Positions 36,861 to 49,200 of a stretch of DNA of 64,000 bases are shown piece by piece. Position numbers and translations under genes: made by a program. Each line of letters starts with the position of its first letter. The stretch's first letter is position 1. Under the pieces are notes generated by a model. The model was not told the DNA's origin. It did no database searches and worked only from the letters and a program-made list of their open reading frames with translations. This DNA is from Nemertoderma westbladi (Eukaryota; Animalia; Xenacoelomorpha), in contig JAUCBJ010000961.1 in assembly GCA_032718475.1 (NCBI GenBank), positions 1 through 64,000 on the forward strand, written 5' to 3'.

Positions 36861-38159
36861 GTAAACGGGGGTCCACTTTATTCGCTAGCCTTTGGCCGCA
36901 ACACATATCTGCGAATTAAATTCTTGTTTGCATTTTTCTGAAATTTCGACGTAAAATGTATTCATTTAATCCAACAATCCCTACAATAATGATGGCTGCT
37001 CATTGGAGTGCGGATTTTCATTAAATTTAACGATATAAATGAATTGAGGCTGTGGGATATTATGGTTTATCGGTTGAGTTGTGTTTTTTTTTTCTATATG
37101 AAACCCTGTCTGCTCTGCTGACAGGGTCAAACAATATTTCTATTTTTATACCTGGTTTATTCGTTAAATAATTGAGGTGTATTTTATTCGCAAAGAATAC
37201 GAATACCATATGTACGTACGTAAGTAAATATATTATTATAATTTACTATTTTAGATTCTTTTGTAGAAAATATCGTTTGTCTATAGAATCATGGAATGCT
37301 AGATATATAGAGAAGAGACGAGTAATTGATGCTAGTCTACCTAGCATCTAGCATTACCCTTCTATATATCTAGCATTCCGTTGTCTAATTTAAAAATCAA
37401 CACGTTTTGTTTGTTAATTTTCCCCCATATCGTATTATTATTTTTTAAAGATGAGTTACCCAACCCTATGTAATTATGCGTTTGTTGATTTTTCGTTATT
37501 TAGTCAAACGATTTATTCTCCTAAATTTTTTCAGTTTACATCCAGTCTGTTCATGTGTCGTTCTCTTCTTTCTGTTTATGTAAGCCTTACGTATATTGAT
37601 TCATTATTATAATTTATAATAAATATGACGTAGATATTAATTACAACCAAAACATTAAGTACATACTACATAGGTGTGATGTTTTATCACCTTAAACTTA
37701 CTTTTTTCTATATAATAAATGAGCTAAGTTAGGTAGTATAATAATATATGCGTTGTAGTTAACGTAGGAGATCTACTGTTCTATTTTATCTTAATTAAAT
37801 TTGAAGAAGATTTTTGTACTACGAAATATATTCAATTGAAATCGTTGAGTCTTTAAACTTCGTAACATACTCTATAACATCGGCAACCACATTCTACATC
37901 AAATTATTTAAATTTTAATTTAAATTTAAATTAAAGTTACCAATTTAGTAACTATTAATAATTCGTCATGTTAAAATGTTTTGTATTACCATTGGATGTA
38001 AGGAAGGTTATTATTAGTTTTGAGTTTCATATTGTAATTGTAGTTTTGTAAAAATCATGTATTAACCAACCAAATATTACAAAAATAACATCATAATTTA
38101 CCAAAATGGGTAAAGAATTACATGGATATCTTGGTTTCTTGTGTTACACAGTTGGGTGA

Positions 38160-38520
38160 GACACCTAGATGGCGAGCCTTGGCATTCGGTTCATATAGGG
38201 TAAATGATGCATGTCCGTCCGTCTGTCGGTCTGTCTGTCCGTCCGTCTGTCTGTCCGTCTGTCTGGTATGATAAGGTAAGTAATAGAGGGAAAGTTTATA
38301 AAGTTTGGTGAAAAATCATGCAGTCTGACGTCAGCTACGACAGATACGTAAATAATCTGGAGTTTGGTCAAAAATGAGACAGTCTGCCAGTCGGTACCGG
38401 TAGTTTCAGACTTTTGATAAAAACCGAAATAAGTCGGTCAATCACAGATTAAATTAAACCAAATTTGGTACGTACGTAGCTAGTCTCGTGCTGCGCGAAG
38501 ACCCCACGAACGTGTTTGAT
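38160..38520 (+). mobile_element. Possible Helentron/DINE-like non-autonomous element
   Basis: Internal (GTCY)n microsatellite at 38212-38263, a hallmark of DINE-1/HINE elements. Termini not resolved. Confidence 0.35.
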
Positions 38521-40129
38521 AAAATACTATAAATTAATAATTCAATACTTTCTATACTTGTAGTGTGTTCGTTCTGTACGTATTACTTAGTATTACTTTC
38601 ATACACTGTCGTCTTGTTTCTCTATGTACCTACGTATTATAGTTTACTATATCTACACAGTAATTATACCGGTTTTTAACATCAGAACAAATGTATGCTG
38701 CTATCGTCATTCACAATACAGCGGTGCTACAGGCATAGACATCGCCAATGCTGTTAGCAACAAGTTGTTTGGTATTAAATATGTTTGAATTAATACTAAT
38801 AGAGATAGACTTTTTGTCATCTAAATGAGAAAATTGGCGAAGACAAAATAATATAGAACAACGTATATTGATTGACTGGAATATGAACATTCATTTTGGA
38901 GTGTTTAAGTGTGCGTGTTGTGTGTATCAATGTATGTATGCGGGAATGCGTGTTGAGTTTGTATGGTATATTCTCTGGGATACATATTTTGACTTAATGC
39001 CAGCGCACTTGTTATTACTTGCGTGATATGTACGTATGATATGCATTATTATTGCCCTGTGTTGCAAATTCTATCATTTTAGGCCTTCAATTGTATTTCA
39101 ATTCCTGGAATAGTTATAAGTTATTTATTTAGTAAACAATGTGCAAATTATATATTAATTTTATTTTTTGCTAATTGATTTGCTTAATTAATTAAGTGAT
39201 AAATATTGTGGAAATAAGTGTTAACATTCTAGAACATACGACATCAATAATCAACTGTATACAACTTTAACTTTGGAATCCTATTGGACGATTTGATTTC
39301 TCAACAAAATCGATTATTTCTTTAATTGTTGCTGCTTATATTTTTGAGAATGTTAACATTTTTTCCTATAAATAATTATATTTTCGGTAACCCATAGCAA
39401 CAAGCGTTGTAATCCAATTTGTTAACAGTTACTACAACATTGTGCACATTGAAGTCTACCTTGTTTTGGTTTACATTGTGCCATTTCATTGAATAACCCA
39501 ATCAGTTATCTGATTGGATGCTCTGTAATCCAATCAGTTATCTGATTGGTTGCTCTGTCTACCTTATATTATCTCTTTGACGCTACTCACGATTTACTTG
39601 TTCTAATTTACAACCACTATTGGTAGGTTGATGTTGTAACCATGACAACCGTTGTATTTCGGTATCATCCTACCTACCACATTGTAGGACAATAATTATC
39701 GTTTGTTGTCAGTTTAACTTAAATGCCTTAATTAACTCAAACATTTATGGTTAAATCTTGTGATTTGTGATATTGGATTTACTAACTCGTAGTAATAAAA
39801 TTCCCAGAGAAATAAATATAATAATTTTCTTAATGTGGAGTTCAGTGGGTGGGGCGAAGAGTTTCAATGAACTTTCTCATTGAAGGGATGGTGTGAGACC
39901 TTCGGGTGGACGGTACGTTGTTCTAAACTTGACGTTTGCGAACTTTGTTCAAATAGGTGGGGAACTTTGTTCAATAGAGTGCGAATTTTGTTTCAATGGG
40001 CTGCTTCAACTGTTCCAATTACCCCTCCCGCCGTTCTCTATATCAGCTGGAGACAAATATGAAGCGCTTAAGCGTTCTATCCTCCCTAAGGAATGTTAGA
40101 TGTTTTAACCACTTATCGTAGGCGAACTA

Positions 40130-40331
40130 ATCGCGGGGAGTCCATGCTGGGCTCTAACTGCTGAGCACACCTAATCTCTGGATGGCACATTCACAAGAAT
40201 GCTACGTCGGGTTCACTGTGTCAAGTACAATGAACACACCTCAAATCAGACTCTTTTATTGGTCTCCCCCAGCTTGACACTTGAACGGAACCGCCTCCGC
40301 TTTGCAGGACATTGCTTTCGCGGTGAGGACC
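40130..40331 (+). mobile_element. RTE LINE 3' fragment (host copy, left part)
   Basis: LDGTFTRMLRRVHCVKY..RLRFAGHCFR; it is the inverse of 40860-41008 and resumes at ~42282. Confidence 0.7.
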
Positions 40332-40643
<312 letters not shown>

Positions 40644-42280
40644 GCTGCATTATATGTATATATTACATATATATTAAGAATGTTGTGCCGGCTTGTCGAC
40701 AAAGTTGCGCCTCCACAACTCCCTATCACCCATGACATTTGCTAGATCATCCGCATCTTCAAGGCCAGTGTCCTTTAAGATGCGTCTCAAGAACGTCACG
40801 GGCTGTCCACCATGCTTATTCACTCAATTAGGCCGCCAAAACACAAGATTATGCACTGGCTGGTCCTCACGGCGAAAGCAATATAGTGGCAATATAGTGT
40901 CTGGTTGGAGCTGTGTGCATTGTACTTGACACAATGAACCCGCGTATCATTCTTGTGAATGTGCCATCCAGAGATTTCGTGTCCTCAGCAGTTAGAGCCC
41001 AGCATGGGATGCTGGAACTACTGATAGATTGATAGATTTATTTATACATTATGTAAAAGCAATAACAAATACACCAAACAATGTACCGGTATAAAGGTAT
41101 TGTCCAACATAACATATAGGATTACCCCTAAAGCTTTGCAGCTTATTTCCAAGGGGGTCCTTTATGTTACTTGGTTACAAATACAATATTACACTACGCT
41201 AACCTAAAACCAATATAAAACGTAATTACACTATGTACATGTACAACTTTACCGAGAGCGTGACAATGTCCGACTCAACGATAAAGATGTAATGTACAGA
41301 ACAATTTATTATAAAACGTAATTACAGTATAAATAGTATAAATAGTGCTGCTGCTCTAAATAATCGGACCTAAGTTTCCGATGAATTCTATGTGACTTCC
41401 AAATCCTGGAAAGCCTATTCAATGCTGTCCATGCCTTTCCTTTACGTATTCGAAGGTTCTCACCTGACTTCCGGATCCATGATACCAGGTAACAGAAGTC
41501 GTCCACATGCTCAAGCATGCCAACCTTTGAGATTATGCTCATCCGGTCAGAGATTTGCTGAGGACTTTCAAAGTTAACTGTCAAAATTTTGGTCTTTTTA
41601 GAGTTAATAAAAGGACCGACTCTAGAAGCAACCTGTTCTAATGAGCTGAGGAGCCGTTGGGCTCCCTCTAGTGATTCTGAGCGTACTTGGCAGGATTTCC
41701 TCGACTTCTGGAGCCAGTAGGTGGAATTACCATTACCCCATCATCATTATGATGATCTAAGGACATGTGTAAAACATAGTAACCCATAATTATGAACAAT
41801 AATGGCGCAAGTGTGTCTCCCTGGAATACTCCCCATATATCTTCGAATTTTTCTGTATCACCACCAACAGTAGACACAAATGTTGTCGAACCATCGTATA
41901 CCGGTACTGATATCATTGCTGCAATAATTTCATCAGGAATCCCATATAATGAAAGTATGCTGAACATACGTGAGCGAGAGACTGAATCAAAGGCCTTGAA
42001 GAAGTCAACAAAGATAACAGTCAGATGCCTGGCTTTCTTCTTTGATAACTCTTCAATTATCCTTCTAAGTGCAAAAATGGGCTCCATGGTCCCACGAACT
42101 TTACGGAACCCATTCTGATTTCCACGGAGCAGTCTCTCAATGGGATCCCTGATGCGATTTAATAGAATTCTATTGTATAGTTTTGCAGCAATCGAGATCA
42201 ATGAGATTCCCCGAAAAGAACCATAGAGTGTTAGGTTGCCCTTCTTGGGAACTGGCACCAACTTATTTGTTTTCATTTAT
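40644..42280 (-). mobile_element. 5'-truncated, frameshifted RTE-clade LINE
   Basis: LVPVPKKGNL..FRGISLISIAAKLYNRILLNRI..NQNGFR..FVDFFKAFDSV..GVFQGDTLAPLLF, then VDDFCYLVSW..KAWTALNRLSRIW. The 3' region is at 40644-41008. Interrupted at ~41020-41345 by unrelated sequence. Confidence 0.88.
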
Positions 42281-42369
42281 TCGTGAGGGCCAGCCAAACA
42301 ATATTGTGCTTTGGTGGCCTCATGGAGCGAATAAGCATGGTGGACATCCCATTCCTTTCCTAAGACGCC

Positions 42370-42985
42370 AACTCTATAAATACTTCAAATCTGTGCGTAA
42401 CACCAGTGCTATACCACCTCTTGTAACTTATAATGGTTATACTGTATGTACACCGGCAGAACAAGCTGACCTTTTTTCCGAATTCTTCCACTCAGTTTAC
42501 AAAAAGCCAGCAATAAAAACAGCAGCAATTACTCCTCCAACATTATCCCCCACTGAGGATCCCTACCACGATAATTTTATTGACGACTACGATGTGTCTG
42601 TATCCACTGTACAACTACTCCTAACATCACTAAATGTTACCAAAGCCAGAGGCCCCGATCACTTACCACCACGTTTCCTCCAACAATTAAGCGTACAACT
42701 AGCACCATCTTTAGCTGCATTATTTTTAGTGTTTTAACTGTTACTTTCCACTAGAATGAAAACATGCATCAATATCATCACGACATAAGAAGGGCAATAT
42801 AACTCCAGTACCGCTTTACCGTCCAATATCTTTACTTGCTATCCTCTAGAAAGTTCTAGAACGATGTATCTACATGCCAATTTACAGCCATTTTCGTCCA
42901 CTTTATCATCGCGCTCAGTACGGTTTTAGAAAAGGCCGCTCACTTGTTCTTCAACTGCTATTGGTTTTAGATAAACTCTATAAAA
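42370..42985 (+). mobile_element. CR1/L2-like LINE ORF2 fragment (degenerate)
   Basis: LYKYFKS..QADLFSEFFHSVY..LNVTKARGPDHLPPRFL..LAPSLAALF, then YRPISLL and QYGFRKGRS with stops and frameshifts. Confidence 0.8.
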
Positions 42986-43991
42986 ATACGCTGTAGAAAA
43001 TAATGATTCAACAGTATAAGTCTAAATAATAAATTCCAAATCCCACGGAATCACAAATTCATTAATTTAAAATTACCATATTTATCCATTGGATCTGTAT
43101 CTAGATTTTAGGGCGTCCTTTTGGCACAACTTTTGCGTCCAATACCTAATTTAAGGTATGTCAGATTAAGTCGTGACTGCTGACTGTTACTGAATGTGAG
43201 CAATCGTAATTGCTTAAATGCCTTTTTTTTGCAACTATCTACTTGAGGGTGGGAATTTCCACTGAACAACCTGTTTTAGTGTACTTTTCACTTATTCTAT
43301 TATGGTACAAGAGCAGGTTACAGTGACTGAGTTTCTAACCAAAACAATAAACGAATACATTTGATTGTAAATAAATTATTTAATAAAAATAGTTATTATT
43401 TTACTATTAAAGTAAAAAAAATATTAAATTAAATTAACTTTATAAAAATTGTAATATATATTTATTTAATTCACCAAAAAAGGTATTATTAATAATTATT
43501 ATTAATATAATATATATAAATAAAATTATATAAAATTTCAGCTGGCGCGTTGCCAAGTAACACCTAAAACAATATTAGATACAAAACAGAATTAATACCA
43601 CAGTCAGGCAAGTTGATGTCTCAGTACCGGTGCAAGAAACCGGTGTAAAAGAGCTGTCTACATCCAAGTGGACCCTGAAATCCAAACCGTCAGGTAAATT
43701 AAATCTGCAGAATAATAGGATAGATTGATCTTTAAAAAATGCTGAAATGTTCGGGATACTGACAGACAGGTCGCTTTGTTAATTCGCGCGTTAGCGTTAC
43801 CGGTAAAGCCGCATTATTCTGACTTACGTCTAATATAAATATTATAGACGGCAGATAGATCAGGTAAGGCTGTATCTGTAGGACCATGCAATAAATACAC
43901 ACATACATCACGTAGGCCTATGGCATCTTGCTCATCAGTTCGATTTTCGTTTTCCGTAAATTGAGGTTGATTTCTTTATATAGATAGATAA

Positions 43992-45620
43992 ATGTCCGAA
44001 TTGGCAGTTAACGCTGAAGCTGAGGCGCTATTAGCCCCAGACGCGATTCCCAAACCGCCAAACGAACTTCCCGCAAAAGCGACCTCAAAGGATTTCGCAA
44101 CAACTTCGATAAAATCCGCAACAAAAACCGGTGCAAAGACAAAACCCCCCGAGTTACCGTTATTCGAAGGTCGAAATTACCTCATCCATCTCGACTACAT
44201 AAATAAGGATTACGAAAAATGTAAGGAAGTTATAGCAGAGCAACTTCGGGAGTCAGGGGGTTTCTGCGAATACGCCCTCCTAGTGAAAGGTTTAATCCTC
44301 CGAAAAGAAGGAAAGATTCTCGAATCGTTGGAGTGTTTCCAGGGCTGTACGGTAATAAACCCAACAGCGGGTGAGTATCTCAAACAATGCGGTCGGTCGT
44401 TGTTCCTGCTAGGCCGCCATAAAGCCGCCATCGACACGTTCAACCAGGCGCTCAAACAGTGCGGCCTGGATGACTGGGAAGTCAACCACAACCTCGCGGT
44501 CTGCCACATGTTCCAGAAAGAGTTCGAAGTCGCAAAGACCTACATAGGAAAGGCGATCTCCGGCATCCGACACGAGACTTCATTCACCGTCCTGGCCAAC
44601 ATATTCTTAGAGGAAGGCGATAAAGAGAGCGCGGTAGAAGTTTATACCAAGGCTGTGGAACAATTCCCCGAGAACGTGGAGCTGCTCACCGAACTGGGTT
44701 TACTTTACCTCGAGTTGGGCGTCCCGACCAAGGCCTTCGAGTGTCTCGGCACCGCGATGACCTACGATCCGACACACAGCCGCGCGGTCATGGCCGTCGG
44801 CTCGGTAATGCAGGGCTGTGCCGACTTCGATGTGGCGCTCACTAAGTACCGAGTCGGCGCAGTCCACATGCCGGAGTCAGCCGCCCTCTGGAGTAACATC
44901 GCCATGTGTTTCTACGGAAAGCGGAAACCCGTGGCCGCGATCTCGTGTCTGAAACGCGCGGTTTATTTGGCTCCTACGGACTGGAAGATTCTGTACAACC
45001 TCGGGTTGGTCTATCTGTTTATGCAGCAGCCCGCGTCCGCGTTCCAGGCGCTCAACGCCGGGGTCAACGCCCACGGCGGTTCGCCACGGATGTTTATGTT
45101 ACTCGCGGTCGCGCTGACGCGTCTAGACGACGCGGATAACGCGTTGATCGCCTACCGACGAGCCGCGCAGATCGCCGCGAGCGCCGCCGATCTGGTTTAC
45201 GTGCAACTCAACTTCGCGGTGTTCCTCCGGTCGCGAGGGCGACGGGATGCGGCGGTGGCGGCGTTGGACGCGATGAACGCGGCGCTCGGGGGGATGGGAG
45301 AGACGGAGATGCGGGCGTTGAGTCCCGAGGTGGTGGCCACTGCGGCGCGGTTGGGCGTCGAGCTGGGGGTTAGTGAACGGCTCAACTGGACGCCCAAACC
45401 CACGGACAGTAAACCGACAGAGAGTAAACCGACTGAAAGTAAACCTACGGAGAGTAAACCCATTCCAACTTCCGACTCGACTCCCTTCTCCCCCACTCGA
45501 GAAGCGCCCCCTGGCGGCAGTAACAACCCTCCCCCCAACGTGGACGCGGCTGCTAAGCAGTCCAGTCTCGCCTCGCTAGGGGGCGCCAGTAACCACAGCC
45601 AATCCAACGAGCGCTTTTAG
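43992..45620 (+). CDS. BBS4: Bardet-Biedl syndrome 4 protein (BBSome TPR subunit), single-exon CDS, 542 aa
   Basis: NYLIHLDYINKDYEKCK, RSLFLLGRHKAAI, DWEVNHNL, DFDVALTKYRV and VAAISCLKRAVYLAPTDWKILYNLGLV match BBS4 colinearly. Confidence 0.95.
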   Translation: MSELAVNAEAEALLAPDAIPKPPNELPAKATSKDFATTSIKSATKTGAKTKPPELPLFEGRNYLIHLDYINKDYEKCKEVIAEQLRESGGFCEYALLVKGLILRKEGKILESLECFQGCTVINPTAGEYLKQCGRSLFLLGRHKAAIDTFNQALKQCGLDDWEVNHNLAVCHMFQKEFEVAKTYIGKAISGIRHETSFTVLANIFLEEGDKESAVEVYTKAVEQFPENVELLTELGLLYLELGVPTKAFECLGTAMTYDPTHSRAVMAVGSVMQGCADFDVALTKYRVGAVHMPESAALWSNIAMCFYGKRKPVAAISCLKRAVYLAPTDWKILYNLGLVYLFMQQPASAFQALNAGVNAHGGSPRMFMLLAVALTRLDDADNALIAYRRAAQIAASAADLVYVQLNFAVFLRSRGRRDAAVAALDAMNAALGGMGETEMRALSPEVVATAARLGVELGVSERLNWTPKPTDSKPTESKPTESKPTESKPIPTSDSTPFSPTREAPPGGSNNPPPNVDAAAKQSSLASLGGASNHSQSNERF

Positions 45621-45749
45621 GAAGTCTACTCCAATGCGATGGTAGCAGTATAAGCCCCGTCAATGTACTCTTAGATTCATTGGAATTCGTAACTCATTAA
45701 TTTATTGAGTAAAACTAAACTTGTTTTTTTCTCACAAACTAATTTAGTT

Positions 45750-45755
45750 AATAAA
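45750..45755 (+). terminator. Candidate polyadenylation signal for BBS4
   Basis: AATAAA about 130 bp after the stop, followed by a GT/T-rich tract. The AT-rich context makes it weak evidence. Confidence 0.35.
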
Positions 45756-46220
45756 TAACTTGTTTTTGTTTTTTGTAAATTAAATCACAAATGTAAATAT
45801 CACATGTAATAAATATTAATTTATATTGCTTGATTTAACTATTTGAATAGGCCTACTTGGAAAGCCAATAGAAAGACTTATTTTCTCACCGACAGCAGAT
45901 AGAGGGAGAAAAAGTTGTAACAACAATAAACAAATAATTGAATAAAAGTTTAACCAATAAAAGCAGGAAGGGGCATCCTAAACGATTGGATCTTCTGCAA
46001 AGTCCCTGTAAGTGAAATCTAGAAAATGGAAGACCGTGAATGATTTGGAATAAATTGTTGATAAAGTTTTTTAATTTTTAATATTTATATACGAAAAATG
46101 TGAGGAATAAAAGTTACTGCATCCATCATTTGCCGAGTCAAAAAATTAAGGTGTGATAAAAGGGAAACATCGATTTGTTTTGACTAATAAGTTTTCCTTC
46201 CACGCAATCCTTCCCGTCGC

Positions 46221-49200
46221 CTACAGCAAGGTCCCATATCCGTTAATGGCAAGGTCCCATATCCGTTAATGGCAAGGTCCCATATCCGTATGGCAAGGTC
46301 CCATATCCGTTAATGGCAAGGTCCCATATCCGTCTACGGCAAGGTCCCATATCCGTTAATGGCAAGGTCCCATATCCGTTAATGGCAAGGTCCCATATCC
46401 GTATGGCAAGGTCCCATATCCGTCTATGGCAAGGTCCCATATCCGTCTACAGCAAGGTCCCATATCCGTTAATGGCAAGGTCCCATATCCGTCTATGGCA
46501 AGGTCCCCTATCCGTTAATGGCAAGGTCCCATATCCGTTAATGGCAAGGTCCCATATCCGTCTATGGCAAGGTCCCATATCCGTCTATGGCAAGGTCACA
46601 TATCCGTTAATGGCAAGGTCCCATATCCGTATGGCAAGGTCCCATATCCTGTCGCAGTGTCCGAGTGGATATGGCGCCTGAACTGCTTACACAATAGTGT
46701 TTGGTGGCGCAGGTTCGAATCCGACTAAAGGCTGTAGAAATTTCGCACTGTTGTGTCCCTAGGCAAGATACTTTAGACATTAGTGCCTACGTCAACCCAG
46801 CGGTATAATGGGAACCTGGCTTTGCTGGGGTAATGATAATAAAAGCGCTTTGAGTATGCCGAGCATAATAAAGCGCTATATAAATAACCAATATTATTAT
46901 TATTATTATTATTATCCGTTAATGGCAAGGTCCCATATCCGTCTATGGCAAGGTCCCATATTCGTCTACAGCAAGGTCCCATTTCCGTCTATGGCAAGGT
47001 CCCATATACGTCTATGGCAAGGTCCCAGATCCGTCTACGGCAAGGTCCCATATCCGTATGGCAAGGTCCCATATCCGTTAATGGCAAGGTCCCATATCCG
47101 TTAATGGCAAGGTCCCATATCCGTTAATGGCAAGGTCCCATATCCGTCTACAGCAAGGTCCCATATCCGTTAATGGCAAGGTCCCATATCCGTATGGAAA
47201 GGTCCCATATTCGTCTACAGCAAGGTCCCATTTCCGTCTATGGCAAGGTCCCATATACGTCTATGGCAAGGTCCCAGATCCGTCTACGGCAAGGTCCCAT
47301 ATCCGTCTACAGCAAGGTCCCATATCCGTTAATGGCAAGGTCCCATATCCGTTAATGGCAAGGTCCCATATCCGTATGGAAAGGTCTCATATCCGTCTAC
47401 AGCAAGGTCCCATATCCGTTAATGGCAAGGTCCCTTATCCGTCTACGGCAAGGTCCCATATCCGTTAATGGCAAGGTCCCATATCCGTTAATGGCAAGGT
47501 CCCATATCCGTATGGAAAGGTCTCATATCCGTCTACAGCAAGGTCCCATATCCGTTAATGGCAAGGTCCCTTATCCGTCTACGGCAAGGTCCCATATCCG
47601 TCATGGAAAGGTCCCATATCCGTCTACAGCAAGGTCCCATATCCGTCTATGGCAAGGTCCCATATCCATCTATGTCAAGGTCCCATATCCGTTAATGGCA
47701 AGGTCCCATATCCATCTATGTCAAGGTCCCATATCCGTTAATGGCAAGGTCCCATATCCGTCTACGGCAAGGTCCCATATCCGTCTACGGCAAGGTCCCA
47801 TATCCGTATGGCAAGGTCCCATATCCGTCTACAGCAAGGTCCCATATCCGTATGGCAAGGTCCCATATCCGTCTACGGCAAGGTCCCATATCCGTATGGC
47901 AAGGTCCCATATCCGTCTATCCGTCTACAGCAAGGTCCCATATCCGTCTACAGCAAGGTCCCATATCCGTCTACGGCAAGGTCCCATATCCGTTAATGGC
48001 AAGGTCCCATATCCGTCTACAGCAAGGTCCCATATCCGTTAATGGCAAGGTCCCATATCCGTCTACAGCAAGGTCCCATATCCGTTAATGGCAAGGTCCC
48101 ATATCCGTCTACGGCAAGGTCCCATATCCGTTAATGGCAAGGTCCCATATCCGTCTACGGCAAGGTCCCTTATCCGTCTACGGCAAGGTCCCATATCCGT
48201 ATGGCAAGGTCCCATATCCGTCTACAGCAAGGTCCCATATCCGTATGGCAAGGTCCCATATCCGTCTACAGCAAGGTCCCATATCCGTCTACAGCAAGGT
48301 CCCATATCCGTCTACGGCAAGGTCCCATATCCGTTAATGGCAAGGTCCCATATCCGTCTACAGCAAGGTCCCATATCCGTCTACGGCAAGGTCCCATATC
48401 CGTTAATGGCAAGGTCCCATATCCGTCTACAGCAAGGTCCCATATCCGTTAATGGCAAGGTCCCATATCCGTCTACAGCAAGGTCCCATATCCGTTAATG
48501 GCAAGGTCCCATATCCGTCTACGGCAAGGTCCCATATCCGTTAATGGCAAGGTCCCATATCCGTCTACGGCAAGGTCCCTTATCCGTCTACGGCAAGGTC
48601 CCATATCCGTCTACGGCAAGGTCCCATATCCGTATGGCAAGGTCCCATATCCGTCTACAGCAAGGTCCCATATCCGTATGGCAAGGTCCCATATCCGTCT
48701 ACGGCAAGGTCCCATATCCGTATGGCAAGGTCCCATATCCGTCTATCCGTCTACAGCAAGGTCCCATATCCGTCTACAGCAAGGTCCCATATCCGTCTAC
48801 GGCAAGGTCCCATATCCGTTAATGGCAAGGTCCCATATCCGTCTATGGCAAGGTCCCATATCCGTTAATGGCAAGGTCCCATATCCGTCTATGGCAAGGT
48901 CACATATCCGTTAATGGCAAGGTCCCATATCCGTCTACAGCAAGGTCCCATATCCGTTAATGGCAAGGTCCCATATCCGTTAATGGCAAGGTCCCATATC
49001 CGTATGGCAAGGTCTCATATTCGTCTACGGCAAGGTCCCATATCCGTTAATGGCAAGGTCCCTTATCCGTCTATGGCAAGGTCCCTTATCCGTATGGCAA
49101 GGTCCCATATCCTTGTACGGCAAGGTCCCATATCCGTTAATGGCAAGGTCCCATATCCGTCTATGGCAAGGTCACATATCCGTTAATGGCAAGGTCCCAT

